A stretch of 64,000 bases of DNA, from assembly GCA_937934305.1 (NCBI GenBank), contig CALHAG010000001.1, forward strand, positions 12,422 to 76,421. The letters are read 5' to 3'. Under the pieces are notes generated by a model. That model was not told the DNA's origin. It did not search any database and worked only from the letters and a program-made list of their open reading frames with translations. The position numbers were made by a program, and so were the translations under genes. The DNA is from Candidatus Caldarchaeum subterraneum (GTDB lineage: Archaea; Thermoproteota; Nitrososphaeria_A; Caldarchaeales; Caldarchaeaceae). Below, one piece after another: positions 1 through 8,528 of this stretch; positions within the stretch are counted from its first letter, which is position 1; each line of letters starts with the position of its first letter.

Positions 1-1
1 A

Positions 2-442
2 ATGCTGTCGGTGTGTTGTATGCTGGTGACGGTGGTGCGTAAGCCTGTTAAGGTGGAGGTTTATGATGTTTATCCCCTGACGCTTGGACACTGTCCCCAC
101 TACAACCTGCTTGCGGCAGAGATGTACGCCGCCGGAGCCGAGTTCTGCGAGCTCTCCACACAAGCGGCTGAGTATCCTGACGATGTTATCAAAAGCCATC
201 AGAGGGCCGCTGAGGTTGTGAGGTTTCTGAGAAACGTGTTTAGGGGCCGGGAGATGAACGTGGAGGTGGAGATGGTTAACCTCATTTCTCCGACTGGGTT
301 TTTCAAGAGTATGTTGAAGAGGGTTTGGCGCCGGCCGGCTGTCGTCGTAGACGGTGTCAAGGTTTGTGAGGGAGGTGTTGATTGGGAGAGGTTGAGGACG
401 GTGGTTGAACAGGCTTGGCTCACGAAAAACAACACTATATAG
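2..442 (+). CDS. Hypothetical thioredoxin-fold / ArsD-like protein (possibly truncated at the window start)
   Basis: 146-aa ORF with a 'KVEVYDV...GHCPH...PAVVVDGVKVCEGGVDWERL' layout reminiscent of small thioredoxin-fold/ArsD-type proteins. The CxxC / Cys-cluster motifs are absent. It sits beside the ArsA-like ATPase genes. Confidence 0.3.
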   Translation: MLSVCCMLVTVVRKPVKVEVYDVYPLTLGHCPHYNLLAAEMYAAGAEFCELSTQAAEYPDDVIKSHQRAAEVVRFLRNVFRGREMNVEVEMVNLISPTGFFKSMLKRVWRRPAVVVDGVKVCEGGVDWERLRTVVEQAWLTKNNTI

Positions 443-720
443 GCTCGAGGGGTGGCGGCGTCAAGGCCGCTCTCAAGGATTTCTTCTTCGGCGCCCTACT
501 TCTCGGGCTCTACGGCGAAGTTGTACGCCTCAAGCAAAAGTATAACGACATTTTTTTCTCGCTGGTTATGGGTGAGTTTCTCGGCATCCCTCTGCTCTGT
601 AACTACTTCACCCTCAGGCTGCTTCCCTACCTTGTTCCAGAGATTGAGTCAGCGAGGAAGCGGCTGCTACAGGATGTTGATGTTCTGGTTCTTCTTCGGG
701 AGGGGCCCGCGGTACATTAG
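415..720 (+). CDS. Small conserved hydrophobic protein, paralog A (shares a G(E/D)xLG(I/F)P(L/I)L..Y..LRLLPY motif with ORF 2686..2973)
   Basis: 101 aa with a GGG N-terminus and hydrophobic segments. Clearly paralogous to 2686..2973: 'MGEFLGIPLLCNYFTLRLLPYLVPEI' aligns with 'MGDMLGFPILPPYYSLRLLPYAIPNV'. Convergent with ArsA-like gene 1. Confidence 0.45.
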   Translation: MAHEKQHYIGSRGGGVKAALKDFFFGALLLGLYGEVVRLKQKYNDIFFSLVMGEFLGIPLLCNYFTLRLLPYLVPEIESARKRLLQDVDVLVLLREGPAVH

Positions 721-1715
721 CTTGGAACATATTGACGGATGTCGTCTGTGATGTTGTAGAGGGCTTTGATTCCTCTTATCTCTGTGGGATACATTCTGAC
801 ATAGCCGCGGATATACTGGCCCATGTCCCGCTCTATAGTGCTGAGATAGCTCCTCTGCTCCTCGAGCTTCGCGGCCAAGTATCCCGATGGGTCTGAAGCC
901 ACATCTTCTCTGTCGAGAACCATGTTGACGAACACTCCGCCGACAGGTATGTTGAATGACTGCACCATCGAGATAAAACGTTTCACAACAGAGATGGGGA
1001 GGCTCTCGGGAGTTGTCACGAAGTAGAAGCGGGTCTTCTCAGGGTCGACGATGGCTTCGCGGGTTTTAGCGAACTTGTCGTAGAGGTTTAGAAGGTCTGC
1101 GACAACGGGGTCTTTCTTTATCTCCTCCATCACCTTCTCCTTCCTGATGGAGAGCCTTAGACGATATTCTTGCGCCTCCTTCCTCGACTGTATCATTCTG
1201 GCGAGCCATAGGCCGTAGAGCTTGCTCAGCCCTATGAGGCGGACGGCGTTGGCGACCGCGGCTGTGTCGAAGACCACGAGGTCATAGTTCTGCCCCTCGT
1301 TGACCATTATGTCCATGACTTTGTCGAACATGGCTGATTCCTGGAAAGCGGGGTTTGTTGTCGCTATTTGGATGAAGGGCTCCGGGTTTATCGGTATCTC
1401 GGCCCATTTGAAGAACTCTTTGAGCCGCGCCTCCATGTTCTGGCGATATCTTTCAATCAGGTCAGATATCTCTACCTCGACGACTGTCAAACCATCTACA
1501 CCCTCGATTTTACAGAATCTTCCCCCGGAGACGTTTTGCATAAACAGTGTTGAGAGCGAATGTACAGGGTTTAGGCTCGCGAGTAAAACAGTTTTGCCTT
1601 GTTGAGCCGATTCGAGTGCAACGGCCCCCGCCAACACAGTTTTTCCAACACCGCCTTTTCCGCCGAGGAAGATGTACTTTGTCCGGCCGATGTCGAGACC
1701 TCTGCTCATGTCCAC
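717..1715 (-). CDS. ArsA/Get3-family P-loop ATPase, paralog 1
   Basis: P-loop 'GGKGGVGKT' and an ArsA-like 'VFDTAAVANAVRLIG' switch region. 332 aa. Its start overlaps the stop of the upstream ArsA-like gene (ATGA-type overlap near 1706-1709). It lacks both the ArsA metalloid-binding cysteines and the Get3 CxxC. Confidence 0.8.
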   Translation of the reverse strand: MDMSRGLDIGRTKYIFLGGKGGVGKTVLAGAVALESAQQGKTVLLASLNPVHSLSTLFMQNVSGGRFCKIEGVDGLTVVEVEISDLIERYRQNMEARLKEFFKWAEIPINPEPFIQIATTNPAFQESAMFDKVMDIMVNEGQNYDLVVFDTAAVANAVRLIGLSKLYGLWLARMIQSRKEAQEYRLRLSIRKEKVMEEIKKDPVVADLLNLYDKFAKTREAIVDPEKTRFYFVTTPESLPISVVKRFISMVQSFNIPVGGVFVNMVLDREDVASDPSGYLAAKLEEQRSYLSTIERDMGQYIRGYVRMYPTEIRGIKALYNITDDIRQYVPS

Positions 1716-2689
1716 TCGATGCCTCCATTCATCAGATGTTTAGCTACTGTGGAAATGCCTTCGAGTCCTCGAGGCTCTTTGGGAAACATGGGGATTATCG
1801 CTGTCACGAGTTTTCCGAATTTGTCCATAATCTCTGTCATGCATTCTCTCTGTTGCTTGAGCTTGTTGGTGATGAAGGGTGATGGGTTGGAGGCCATCTC
1901 CGGCGGAAGCACTTTGTTGACCACTATCCCCGAGAGCTGGAGACCTACTGCTCGAAACATCTCGAGGGCTTTCTCGGTGTCTATAATGGACATTTTCTCC
2001 GGTGTAATGACCATGAAGAAGGCGGCTTTCTCCCTGTCTTTCATCACGTCGGTGAATGCTGTCAACCTTTTTCTGATGTCGTAAAGCTCCTTCAGCACCT
2101 CATCCTCTTTCACAAGCTTCTCACCCCTCAGCCTGCTCGCTATCTCATCATACTCCTTAGCCTTCTCACGCGCCTCCGTCAGCTTCTCAACCCATGCGCT
2201 GAGTATGTCGGCCATCGTCACCATCCGTATACCATGTCCGAAAGGCGGCATGTCAAACACATACAACCCATAGCCTCCCTCAGCCAGATAAGAGGCCATA
2301 GCGTCGTAGGTTGCTGACTCGTACATCGCAGGCTCGGCTACGGAGCTGTCTATGTATGACTCTATCTCTGGCGGTATCTCGGTCTTGTACATGCTGACTA
2401 TCTTCTGCTTTATTTCTTGGATGTATGCGGCGATTTTCGAGTCGGCGTCAATCTCCACGACGAATAGGTTTGGCAACACCTCTATCTCCCCTTTTCCGAA
2501 TATGTTTCTCTCGAAGATGTCGCTAAGGGAGGCTTGCGGGTCTGTGCTGAAGCAGAGAACTTTCTTGGAGCTGCTGACGGCGTAGGAGAGGGCTGCGCTG
2601 CACGTCGTCTTCCCCAGTCCACCTTTCCCCGCGAATATAACCATCTTAAGCTCTGGTTTTGACGCGAGAAATTCGCTGAACCCTTTCAT
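1706..2689 (-). CDS. ArsA/Get3-family P-loop ATPase, paralog 2 (the ORF extends to 2740; start at Met 2689 preferred)
   Basis: P-loop 'FAGKGGLGKTT' and 'VFDMPPFGHGIRM'. Starting at the internal Met (MKGFSEF...) gives a 4-nt overlap with the stop of small paralog B (2686), which suggests translational coupling. Confidence 0.8.
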   Translation of the reverse strand: MKGFSEFLASKPELKMVIFAGKGGLGKTTCSAALSYAVSSSKKVLCFSTDPQASLSDIFERNIFGKGEIEVLPNLFVVEIDADSKIAAYIQEIKQKIVSMYKTEIPPEIESYIDSSVAEPAMYESATYDAMASYLAEGGYGLYVFDMPPFGHGIRMVTMADILSAWVEKLTEAREKAKEYDEIASRLRGEKLVKEDEVLKELYDIRKRLTAFTDVMKDREKAAFFMVITPEKMSIIDTEKALEMFRAVGLQLSGIVVNKVLPPEMASNPSPFITNKLKQQRECMTEIMDKFGKLVTAIIPMFPKEPRGLEGISTVAKHLMNGGIEWT

Positions 2690-2973
2690 CCATAAATCAC
2701 GTCTGTGAAGTCGCGTTCGCGGTAGAACCTGTGTTTCCATGCCTTGACGTTTGGGATGGCGTAGGGCAGAAGCCGTAATGAATAGTATGGCGGTAGAATG
2801 GGGAACCCGAGCATATCACCCATAATCATGAGAATGAACATGTGCTCCATGTACATGCGTGTTTTGAGGATGGATGTGACTTGCTGATGAAGGGCCACGC
2901 CATAGAACATGTCGCCAACTGCTTTCTTGAGACCTGAGAAGAAGCCGCCGCCTTTTTTCTCGCTCACGTCCAT
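2686..2973 (-). CDS. Small conserved hydrophobic protein, paralog B (first gene of a smallB-arsA2-arsA1 operon)
   Basis: 95 aa. GGG N-terminus, and the motif 'MGDMLGFPILPPYYSLRLLPY' shared with ORF 415..720. Confidence 0.45.
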   Translation of the reverse strand: MDVSEKKGGGFFSGLKKAVGDMFYGVALHQQVTSILKTRMYMEHMFILMIMGDMLGFPILPPYYSLRLLPYAIPNVKAWKHRFYRERDFTDVIYG

Positions 2974-3026
2974 ACAACACCCCGCATAATAAAAAAACTT
3001 TACTTATAAAAAATTTTTTAGGGTGT

Positions 3027-4817
3027 TTATGCTTTTACCTCTATTTTGGCGGCTCGTCGGAACCCTCTGACAAAGTAGACAGCCATCGCCAAGCCTATGA
3101 TGAACATTATGGCGCCGACCACTGTTGAGAAACCGTTGATGCCTTGCACAGCCAAGATACCGCCAGCGTTTTTCAGTATGTTCTGAGTTGGGTGGAGAAG
3201 TTTGGCTCCGACGGTTGCGTCGGCGAAAACATAGGTCTGGTAGGCTATGGCGGCTAGTGTGGTCACCATCATGAAGATTCCGGGGATGGTTGTATACCAG
3301 TGGAATCTTTTCTGCGTGTAGAGGAAGAGGCCTACTATGAGTAGGGCGAAGCCTGCGAGAAGCTGGTTTGTTCCGCCGAAGTAGAGCCAGATGTTGGTCC
3401 AGCTGCCTGTGAGCACGAAGATTATCGGGAGGACGAAGCCTAGAATCGATGCGATTAACTTGTTCCCGAGTATGGATAATGGTGTTCCGCCGAAGACCTC
3501 GGCCATCGTCACACGCCAGAACCTGCCCAATATTGTGAGGATTGTCACAGCCATGCCGACCATGTAGTTAGCGAAGAATATGCGGAGGAACGGGGCCGCA
3601 GCTTCTCCACCGAGCAGCGGAGATGTCAAAGTTGTCGCACCTAGAACAAAGTTGCCGGGAGATGCTCCACCAGCGGCCGTCAACAGAGGTATGGATGACC
3701 ATGCGGCCAGCGCCGTGAGACCTACTAGGTTTTCGGTTATCATCGCGCCTGCGCCGACTGGTCTGATGTCTGTCTCGACGTCTATCTGCTTCGAGGTTAG
3801 ACCTGTGCTTATGAGGCTGTGCCATCCCGAGATGGCTCCGCAGGCGATGGTGACAAATAGAGCTGGCCATAGGGGGCCGACGGTGAACACCTCGGCCCAG
3901 CCTCTGAAGTCGGGAACCTGTAGCTTAACTCCTGTAGCAGGTGAGACGAGGGCTCCCACTGTTAGGAGGATGACCGCGGGGATGAGCGAGTAGTAGGCGA
4001 TGTAGTTCATCGGAGTTATTAGACGCGGCATCGGCAGCAGCGAGCCGAGGACTAGTATAGCGACGAGGGGAATGAGCCAGTAGGTGTATGGGTTGGCTGC
4101 AGCGGCTACACCTTCAGGAGGCGGTGTGAAGACGAAGGTTCCAGGTGGTGGAACGTTCGCGAGCACGGTGGAGCCGAGCGCTATTCCTATGGCTTGAAGA
4201 ACCACGGCGAGTATCGTCACGGGCGCGACGTTCATCTTAACCTTGAACAGGAGGTGGCCTGTTATCACAGCGGCTATGACGAGGACCAGCAGCGACCAGA
4301 AGGAGCCTGGGAATGCGTTCATCACCGTTGCGACGACGAAGAGGAACGCGGCGTTGATGAGAAGTAGGTAGAAGAGGAGGAAGCCGAGCAACAGTTTCCT
4401 CGGCGTCGGCCCAAGCATCTCATAGGCAAGAGGCCCGAAGGACCTGCCCTCTTTTCTCACCGACAGAAACATGGCGCTGTAGTCTTGAACCCAGCCGATC
4501 AACAGGGCGGCGAAGAGAATCCATAGAAACGCGGGAAGCCATCCAAAGGCTAGGGCCGCTGTCCCGGGGCCGATTATTGGCCCGAGCGCGGCTATGCTGT
4601 TCCACTGAAAACCGTAGAGAACAAACCTTCCCACCGGAAAGAATTCGACGCCGTCGGCATAGACATGGGCTGGCGTGGGCCTCGACCTGTCGGGGCTCCA
4701 GACCTTTCTATCGATTATTTTGCTGTAAACGCTGTAGGCTATGAGGAAAACAACCAACCCAACGATGGTAAAGCCGAAAGGTGTATCGAAAACCATCGGC
4801 ATAAAATATCTATACAT
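3027..4817 (-). CDS. cstA: Carbon starvation protein CstA-family membrane transporter
   Basis: 596-aa polytopic membrane protein with the CstA-like 'SIAALGPIIGPGTAALAFGWLPAFLWI' signature near the N-terminus. Confidence 0.65.
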   Translation of the reverse strand: MYRYFMPMVFDTPFGFTIVGLVVFLIAYSVYSKIIDRKVWSPDRSRPTPAHVYADGVEFFPVGRFVLYGFQWNSIAALGPIIGPGTAALAFGWLPAFLWILFAALLIGWVQDYSAMFLSVRKEGRSFGPLAYEMLGPTPRKLLLGFLLFYLLLINAAFLFVVATVMNAFPGSFWSLLVLVIAAVITGHLLFKVKMNVAPVTILAVVLQAIGIALGSTVLANVPPPGTFVFTPPPEGVAAAANPYTYWLIPLVAILVLGSLLPMPRLITPMNYIAYYSLIPAVILLTVGALVSPATGVKLQVPDFRGWAEVFTVGPLWPALFVTIACGAISGWHSLISTGLTSKQIDVETDIRPVGAGAMITENLVGLTALAAWSSIPLLTAAGGASPGNFVLGATTLTSPLLGGEAAAPFLRIFFANYMVGMAVTILTILGRFWRVTMAEVFGGTPLSILGNKLIASILGFVLPIIFVLTGSWTNIWLYFGGTNQLLAGFALLIVGLFLYTQKRFHWYTTIPGIFMMVTTLAAIAYQTYVFADATVGAKLLHPTQNILKNAGGILAVQGINGFSTVVGAIMFIIGLAMAVYFVRGFRRAAKIEVKA

Positions 4818-4818
4818 T

Positions 4819-5445
4819 TTATATAAGCTTTTCTAGAACATTCAACAACGCTTTTGTTTCCTCGGGGCCTTTTGGGGAGAAATAGGCCTGTAGATGGGGC
4901 AGCGACCTGCTGACTGATACGAGGTACAGTTCATCGAATCCGGCCACAGTGGATACATGTTTTTCCAGAAAATCAATGTCCGGATTCTGTTCACGGGAGC
5001 AGAACATGAACCCTTCTTTTTCACCAACTATCTTTCCCCATCGGCTTGCGTATCGGTAGGCTGGAGTGTTTTTTCTCACAAGCGTGTAAGAGCGTGTGGG
5101 CGTCTTCGCGTGTTTGGCTCTTAAGATGACTAGCTCTCTTCTCCCCATCAACCTAGCCACGAGATATGAGAGAGGGTTCATGAAGGGAGGAATAGTCACC
5201 ACCGCGGACAAGTCGGTGAAGCCGCCCACATCCTTGCATGAGACGACGGCTGCTGATACACCTATACGCGACCCGGTTAAACGGCCTCCACGAGCCTTAG
5301 CAGCCTCTGAAAAATCACGGACAATTCCCGCGACACGACGTTTGCCATAAACAGAGCCCGCGATGTAGAATACCAGAAACAGGACGGCCATAGCGAGCAC
5401 AGCCGCCGTCGGGTCGAGCACCAAATCCACAAAAATGTAAAACAA
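4819..5445 (-). CDS. Hypothetical membrane-anchored protein (co-directional, 2 nt after cstA)
   Basis: 208 aa with an N-terminal TM segment. No recognisable motif. Tightly packed with cstA. Confidence 0.35.
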   Translation of the reverse strand: MFYIFVDLVLDPTAAVLAMAVLFLVFYIAGSVYGKRRVAGIVRDFSEAAKARGGRLTGSRIGVSAAVVSCKDVGGFTDLSAVVTIPPFMNPLSYLVARLMGRRELVILRAKHAKTPTRSYTLVRKNTPAYRYASRWGKIVGEKEGFMFCSREQNPDIDFLEKHVSTVAGFDELYLVSVSRSLPHLQAYFSPKGPEETKALLNVLEKLI

Positions 5446-5545
5446 TCCATTGCTTTTAATTTTGCATCATGTATTCACGCAGAGAGGGCGTCATGCTTTA
5501 AGCGGAGATGAGAATAGAATAAACAACCATCATGTTATAGGTCCC

Positions 5546-5618
5546 TAGCCCCGGTGGGATTTGAACCCACGTCGCGGGCTCCAAAGGCCCGCATCCTTGG
5601 CCGCTAGACGACGGGGCT
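5546..5618 (-). tRNA. tRNA, probably Gln (anticodon UUG)
   Basis: Reverse complement reads AGCCCCG...GTGGGTTCAAATCCCAC...CGGGGCT-A. This gives a 7-bp acceptor stem, a TTCAAAT T-loop, an anticodon stem CGGGC/GCCCG and loop CUUUGGA. No CCA is encoded. Confidence 0.65.
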
Positions 5619-5644
5619 GTTTTATTGTTTGTTTGGTTTGTTTT

Positions 5645-5947
5645 TTAAGTTTGTTGTTTGGTGGGGTGTGAGTAGGTGACTTGGTCTACGCTGTGGACTG
5701 CTGCGCCTAGTTGTTTGACGGTGTTGGCGATTTGCTCGAAGTTGATGTTGTTTCCCTCGATGGTTAGCTTGACTGTTTCGGTGTCGGCGTCTACCTCGAT
5801 AATTGACACCTCCACCCTCGTAACACCCTTGAGCCCTGTCAAAGCCTGCGCAAATTCGACCATGCCGGGTTTATGGGGCTTCAGCACATCTAGGACAAGC
5901 CGGGTAAGGACCAGCTCATGTTTATCAGGCATTTTGGGTCTATTCAC
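5645..5947 (-). CDS. DUF211/COG1888-like small archaeal protein
   Basis: 100 aa. 'LVLDVLKPHKPGMVEFAQAL...VEVSIIEVDADTETVKLTIEGNNI...VHSVDQV' matches the pattern of the conserved archaeal DUF211 family. Assignment from memory. Confidence 0.5.
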   Translation of the reverse strand: MNRPKMPDKHELVLTRLVLDVLKPHKPGMVEFAQALTGLKGVTRVEVSIIEVDADTETVKLTIEGNNINFEQIANTVKQLGAAVHSVDQVTYSHPTKQQT

Positions 5948-6076
5948 CCGGGGGTTATGGTTGTTTAGCTGGCTTTTTTATGTTGATTTGTTACCTTTAA
6001 ATAGACTTCTCAAACCCTGCGGAAACTATGCAGAATTTATTTATAAACAGGTGTAAAAACTTTCCAAACGTGATGA

Positions 6077-6113
6077 GAGCGGGTATTTCTGACCGGTGAT
6101 GACAATACCCGTT
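6077..6113. promoter_or_regulatory. Imperfect palindrome (GAGCGGGTATT-N15-AATACCCGTTC), candidate operator upstream of crtI
   Basis: 11-nt arms with one mismatch. Lies 60-100 nt upstream of the crtI start, in the divergent intergenic region between the DUF211 gene and crtI. Confidence 0.4.
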
Positions 6114-6141
6114 CTGATGAATACTTGTATCTGGGTTAGGA

Positions 6142-6149
6142 TTTTATAG
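6142..6149 (+). promoter_or_regulatory. Archaeal TATA box (TTTTATAG) for crtI; predicts a leaderless transcript
   Basis: A/T-rich TATA-like element centred about 28 nt upstream of the TTG start at 6174. No SD-like sequence lies between them. Confidence 0.45.
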
Positions 6150-6173
6150 TAATAACTCGCGTGTCGGGTCAGG

Positions 6174-7643
6174 TTGAGAATAGTCGTTGTTGGCGCCGGA
6201 GTAGGCGGTCTAGCGGCCGCAGCTCTCCTGGCTAGAGATGGTCACGAGGTGACGATTGTCGAGAAGAACGAGAACGTCGGTGGAAGAGCTGGAGTACTCA
6301 GCCGAGACGGGTTTACCTTCGACATGGGCCCCACATGGTATCTTATGCCGGAGATATTCGACCGCTTCTACAGCCACTTTGGCAGGAAAACCTCCGACTT
6401 TTACAATCTTCTGAAACTTGACCCGGGGTACCGTGTCTTCTTCGATGACGGGGGCAAAGTGGATATATCGGCTGAGCTTGACGAGAACATCAGTTTATTC
6501 GACAGCCTCGAACCCAACGGGGGTGAAAAGCTGCGTAGATTTCTAGCAAAATGCGAAGAACTCTACAAGAGCGTATCAAAAACCCTCTACCTTGACCTCG
6601 ACTCACCTTTCAGCTTCCTCAACCCGGAGATACTTTCACAAGGCATCAAGATAAACATCTTCGAATCCGTCGAATCCTATGTCAAGAAATGGTTTCAATC
6701 AGACAAAGCCCGTAAACTGCTTCTCTACTCAATTGGTTTCATCGGGACACCACCCTCCAAAGCACCCGCGTTCTACGCCATACTCAACTACGTCAAACTC
6801 GTTCAAGGTGTCTATATGCCGGAGCATGGCATCAGACAGGTTGTCAACGCATTATACAGATTAGCGAAGCAGGAAAATGTAGAGTTTCTCCTCGGCCAGG
6901 AGGTCAGTAAAATCGAGGTTAGAAACTCTAGAGCAGAACGCATCTACATGAACGGTTCTTCGATGAAGGTGGACGCCGTCGTCGTTAACGCTGACTATGC
7001 ATCTTTCGAGACAAAGATTCTTGAACCCCGTCACCGCACCTACGATGTCGATTACTGGAGCAAACGAATGTTCACACCATCCGCTCTCATCGCATACATA
7101 GGACTAGACAAAAAGGTTGAAAATCTTATTCCGCATAACGTTTTTCTTGAAAAAGACTGGGGTGAAAACTTTCAGCAAATATTCGACCAACGTTACGCGA
7201 AATGGCCCGAATACGCTTCCTACTATGTGCATGTGCCCTCGAAGATAGATAAAACAGCTGCACCAGCCGGGGGAGAAGCGGTCTTCATATTGATACCGGT
7301 CGCCCACGGCATAGATGATGATGACAGCAAACGCGAAACACTCTTAAACAACATACTGCAAGACCTCGAGCAGAAAACCGGCGAAAAAGTCCGCGAAAAC
7401 ATAGTTTTCAAACAATTGTTCAGCATAAGAGATTTTTCAGCACGTTACCACGCATACCGCGGCTCGGCGCTTGGCCTAGCCCATACACTTGGCCAAACAG
7501 CTTTCTGGAGACCCAGGCATAGAAGCAAAAAGGTCAAAAATCTTTACTACAGCGGCCAGTATACTCATCCCGGCATAGGGGTGCCGATGGTTTTGATATC
7601 CGCGGAGATTGTACGTAACAAGCTGCGGAAGGAGTTGATGTAG
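6174..7643 (+). CDS. crtI: Phytoene desaturase (CrtI family FAD-dependent oxidoreductase)
   Basis: N-terminal dinucleotide-binding 'IVVVGAGVGGLAAAALLARDGHEVTIVEKNENVGGRAG'. 489 aa. The stop is immediately followed by the crtB ATG. Confidence 0.8.
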   Translation: MRIVVVGAGVGGLAAAALLARDGHEVTIVEKNENVGGRAGVLSRDGFTFDMGPTWYLMPEIFDRFYSHFGRKTSDFYNLLKLDPGYRVFFDDGGKVDISAELDENISLFDSLEPNGGEKLRRFLAKCEELYKSVSKTLYLDLDSPFSFLNPEILSQGIKINIFESVESYVKKWFQSDKARKLLLYSIGFIGTPPSKAPAFYAILNYVKLVQGVYMPEHGIRQVVNALYRLAKQENVEFLLGQEVSKIEVRNSRAERIYMNGSSMKVDAVVVNADYASFETKILEPRHRTYDVDYWSKRMFTPSALIAYIGLDKKVENLIPHNVFLEKDWGENFQQIFDQRYAKWPEYASYYVHVPSKIDKTAAPAGGEAVFILIPVAHGIDDDDSKRETLLNNILQDLEQKTGEKVRENIVFKQLFSIRDFSARYHAYRGSALGLAHTLGQTAFWRPRHRSKKVKNLYYSGQYTHPGIGVPMVLISAEIVRNKLRKELM

Positions 7644-8528
7644 ATGCTTGTTCCAAAGCCTCCGCGTGTCCAGAAACCTTTGTTCAACCTGTTCCAGAAA
7701 GGAAGCACAACCTACTTTAACAGCACCCTCTTCTTCCCCGAAGACATCAAAAAAGACGTTTTCAAGCTCTACGCATTCCTGCGTAAAGCAGACAACTACG
7801 TTGACATTATTCCGCAGGATATAGAAGGATTCTATGCGTTCAGAGAAGAGTATGAGCGAGCCGCATCCGGGCATCAATCGTCCGACATCGTCATCAACGA
7901 GTTCGTAAAACTTTCTAACAGGAAGAAATTCGAGCAAGAATGGATAACCGCCTTTCTCGACGCGATGGAGTCAGACCTCTACCGGAAAACTTACTACACA
8001 CTCGACGAGCTCTGCGTCTACATGTATGGTTCCGCCGAGGTCGTCGGCCTATTTATGGCTAAGATTCTTGATTTGCCTGAGGAGTCCTACATCTACGCAA
8101 GGTTTCTCGGTCGGGCGATGCAGTACATCAACTTCATTAGAGACATTCGGGAGGATTATGAGCTGGGTCGCCAGTATCTACCGTACGAGGAGTTGCGCAT
8201 GTATGGAGTTAAGGATTTTGACCCGGCGAGTTTCTGCGGAAAACAGGAGAGTTTCGCACGGTTCATCAGGCTGCAGATTGAGCGTTATTTCGAGTGGCAG
8301 CGGTTTGCTGAAAAGGGTTACAGATACATACCGTACCGTTACTTGATACCTATTAAAACCGCGGCAGACATGTACAAGTGGACGGCTAAAATAATTTACA
8401 AACGTCCATCGTTGGTTTTTTTGCGAAAAGTGAAGCCCAGAAAACGTAGAGTGGTTTACGGGGCTCACGTCAATTTTGTAATGGCTCTTCGGCACAAAAT
8501 TTTTCCCGGTGGGTTGGCGTGGCCCTAG
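7644..8528 (+). CDS. crtB: Phytoene synthase (squalene/phytoene synthase family)
   Basis: 'YAFLRKADNYVD' and 'DIREDYELGRQYLP' Asp-rich motifs of trans-isoprenyl diphosphate head-to-head synthases. Confidence 0.8.
   Translation: MLVPKPPRVQKPLFNLFQKGSTTYFNSTLFFPEDIKKDVFKLYAFLRKADNYVDIIPQDIEGFYAFREEYERAASGHQSSDIVINEFVKLSNRKKFEQEWITAFLDAMESDLYRKTYYTLDELCVYMYGSAEVVGLFMAKILDLPEESYIYARFLGRAMQYINFIRDIREDYELGRQYLPYEELRMYGVKDFDPASFCGKQESFARFIRLQIERYFEWQRFAEKGYRYIPYRYLIPIKTAADMYKWTAKIIYKRPSLVFLRKVKPRKRRVVYGAHVNFVMALRHKIFPGGLAWP

Noticed and set aside
1599-2084. 161-aa plus-strand ORF within the second ArsA-like gene
   Set aside because: Antisense shadow ORF. The minus strand carries clear P-loop ATPase motifs.
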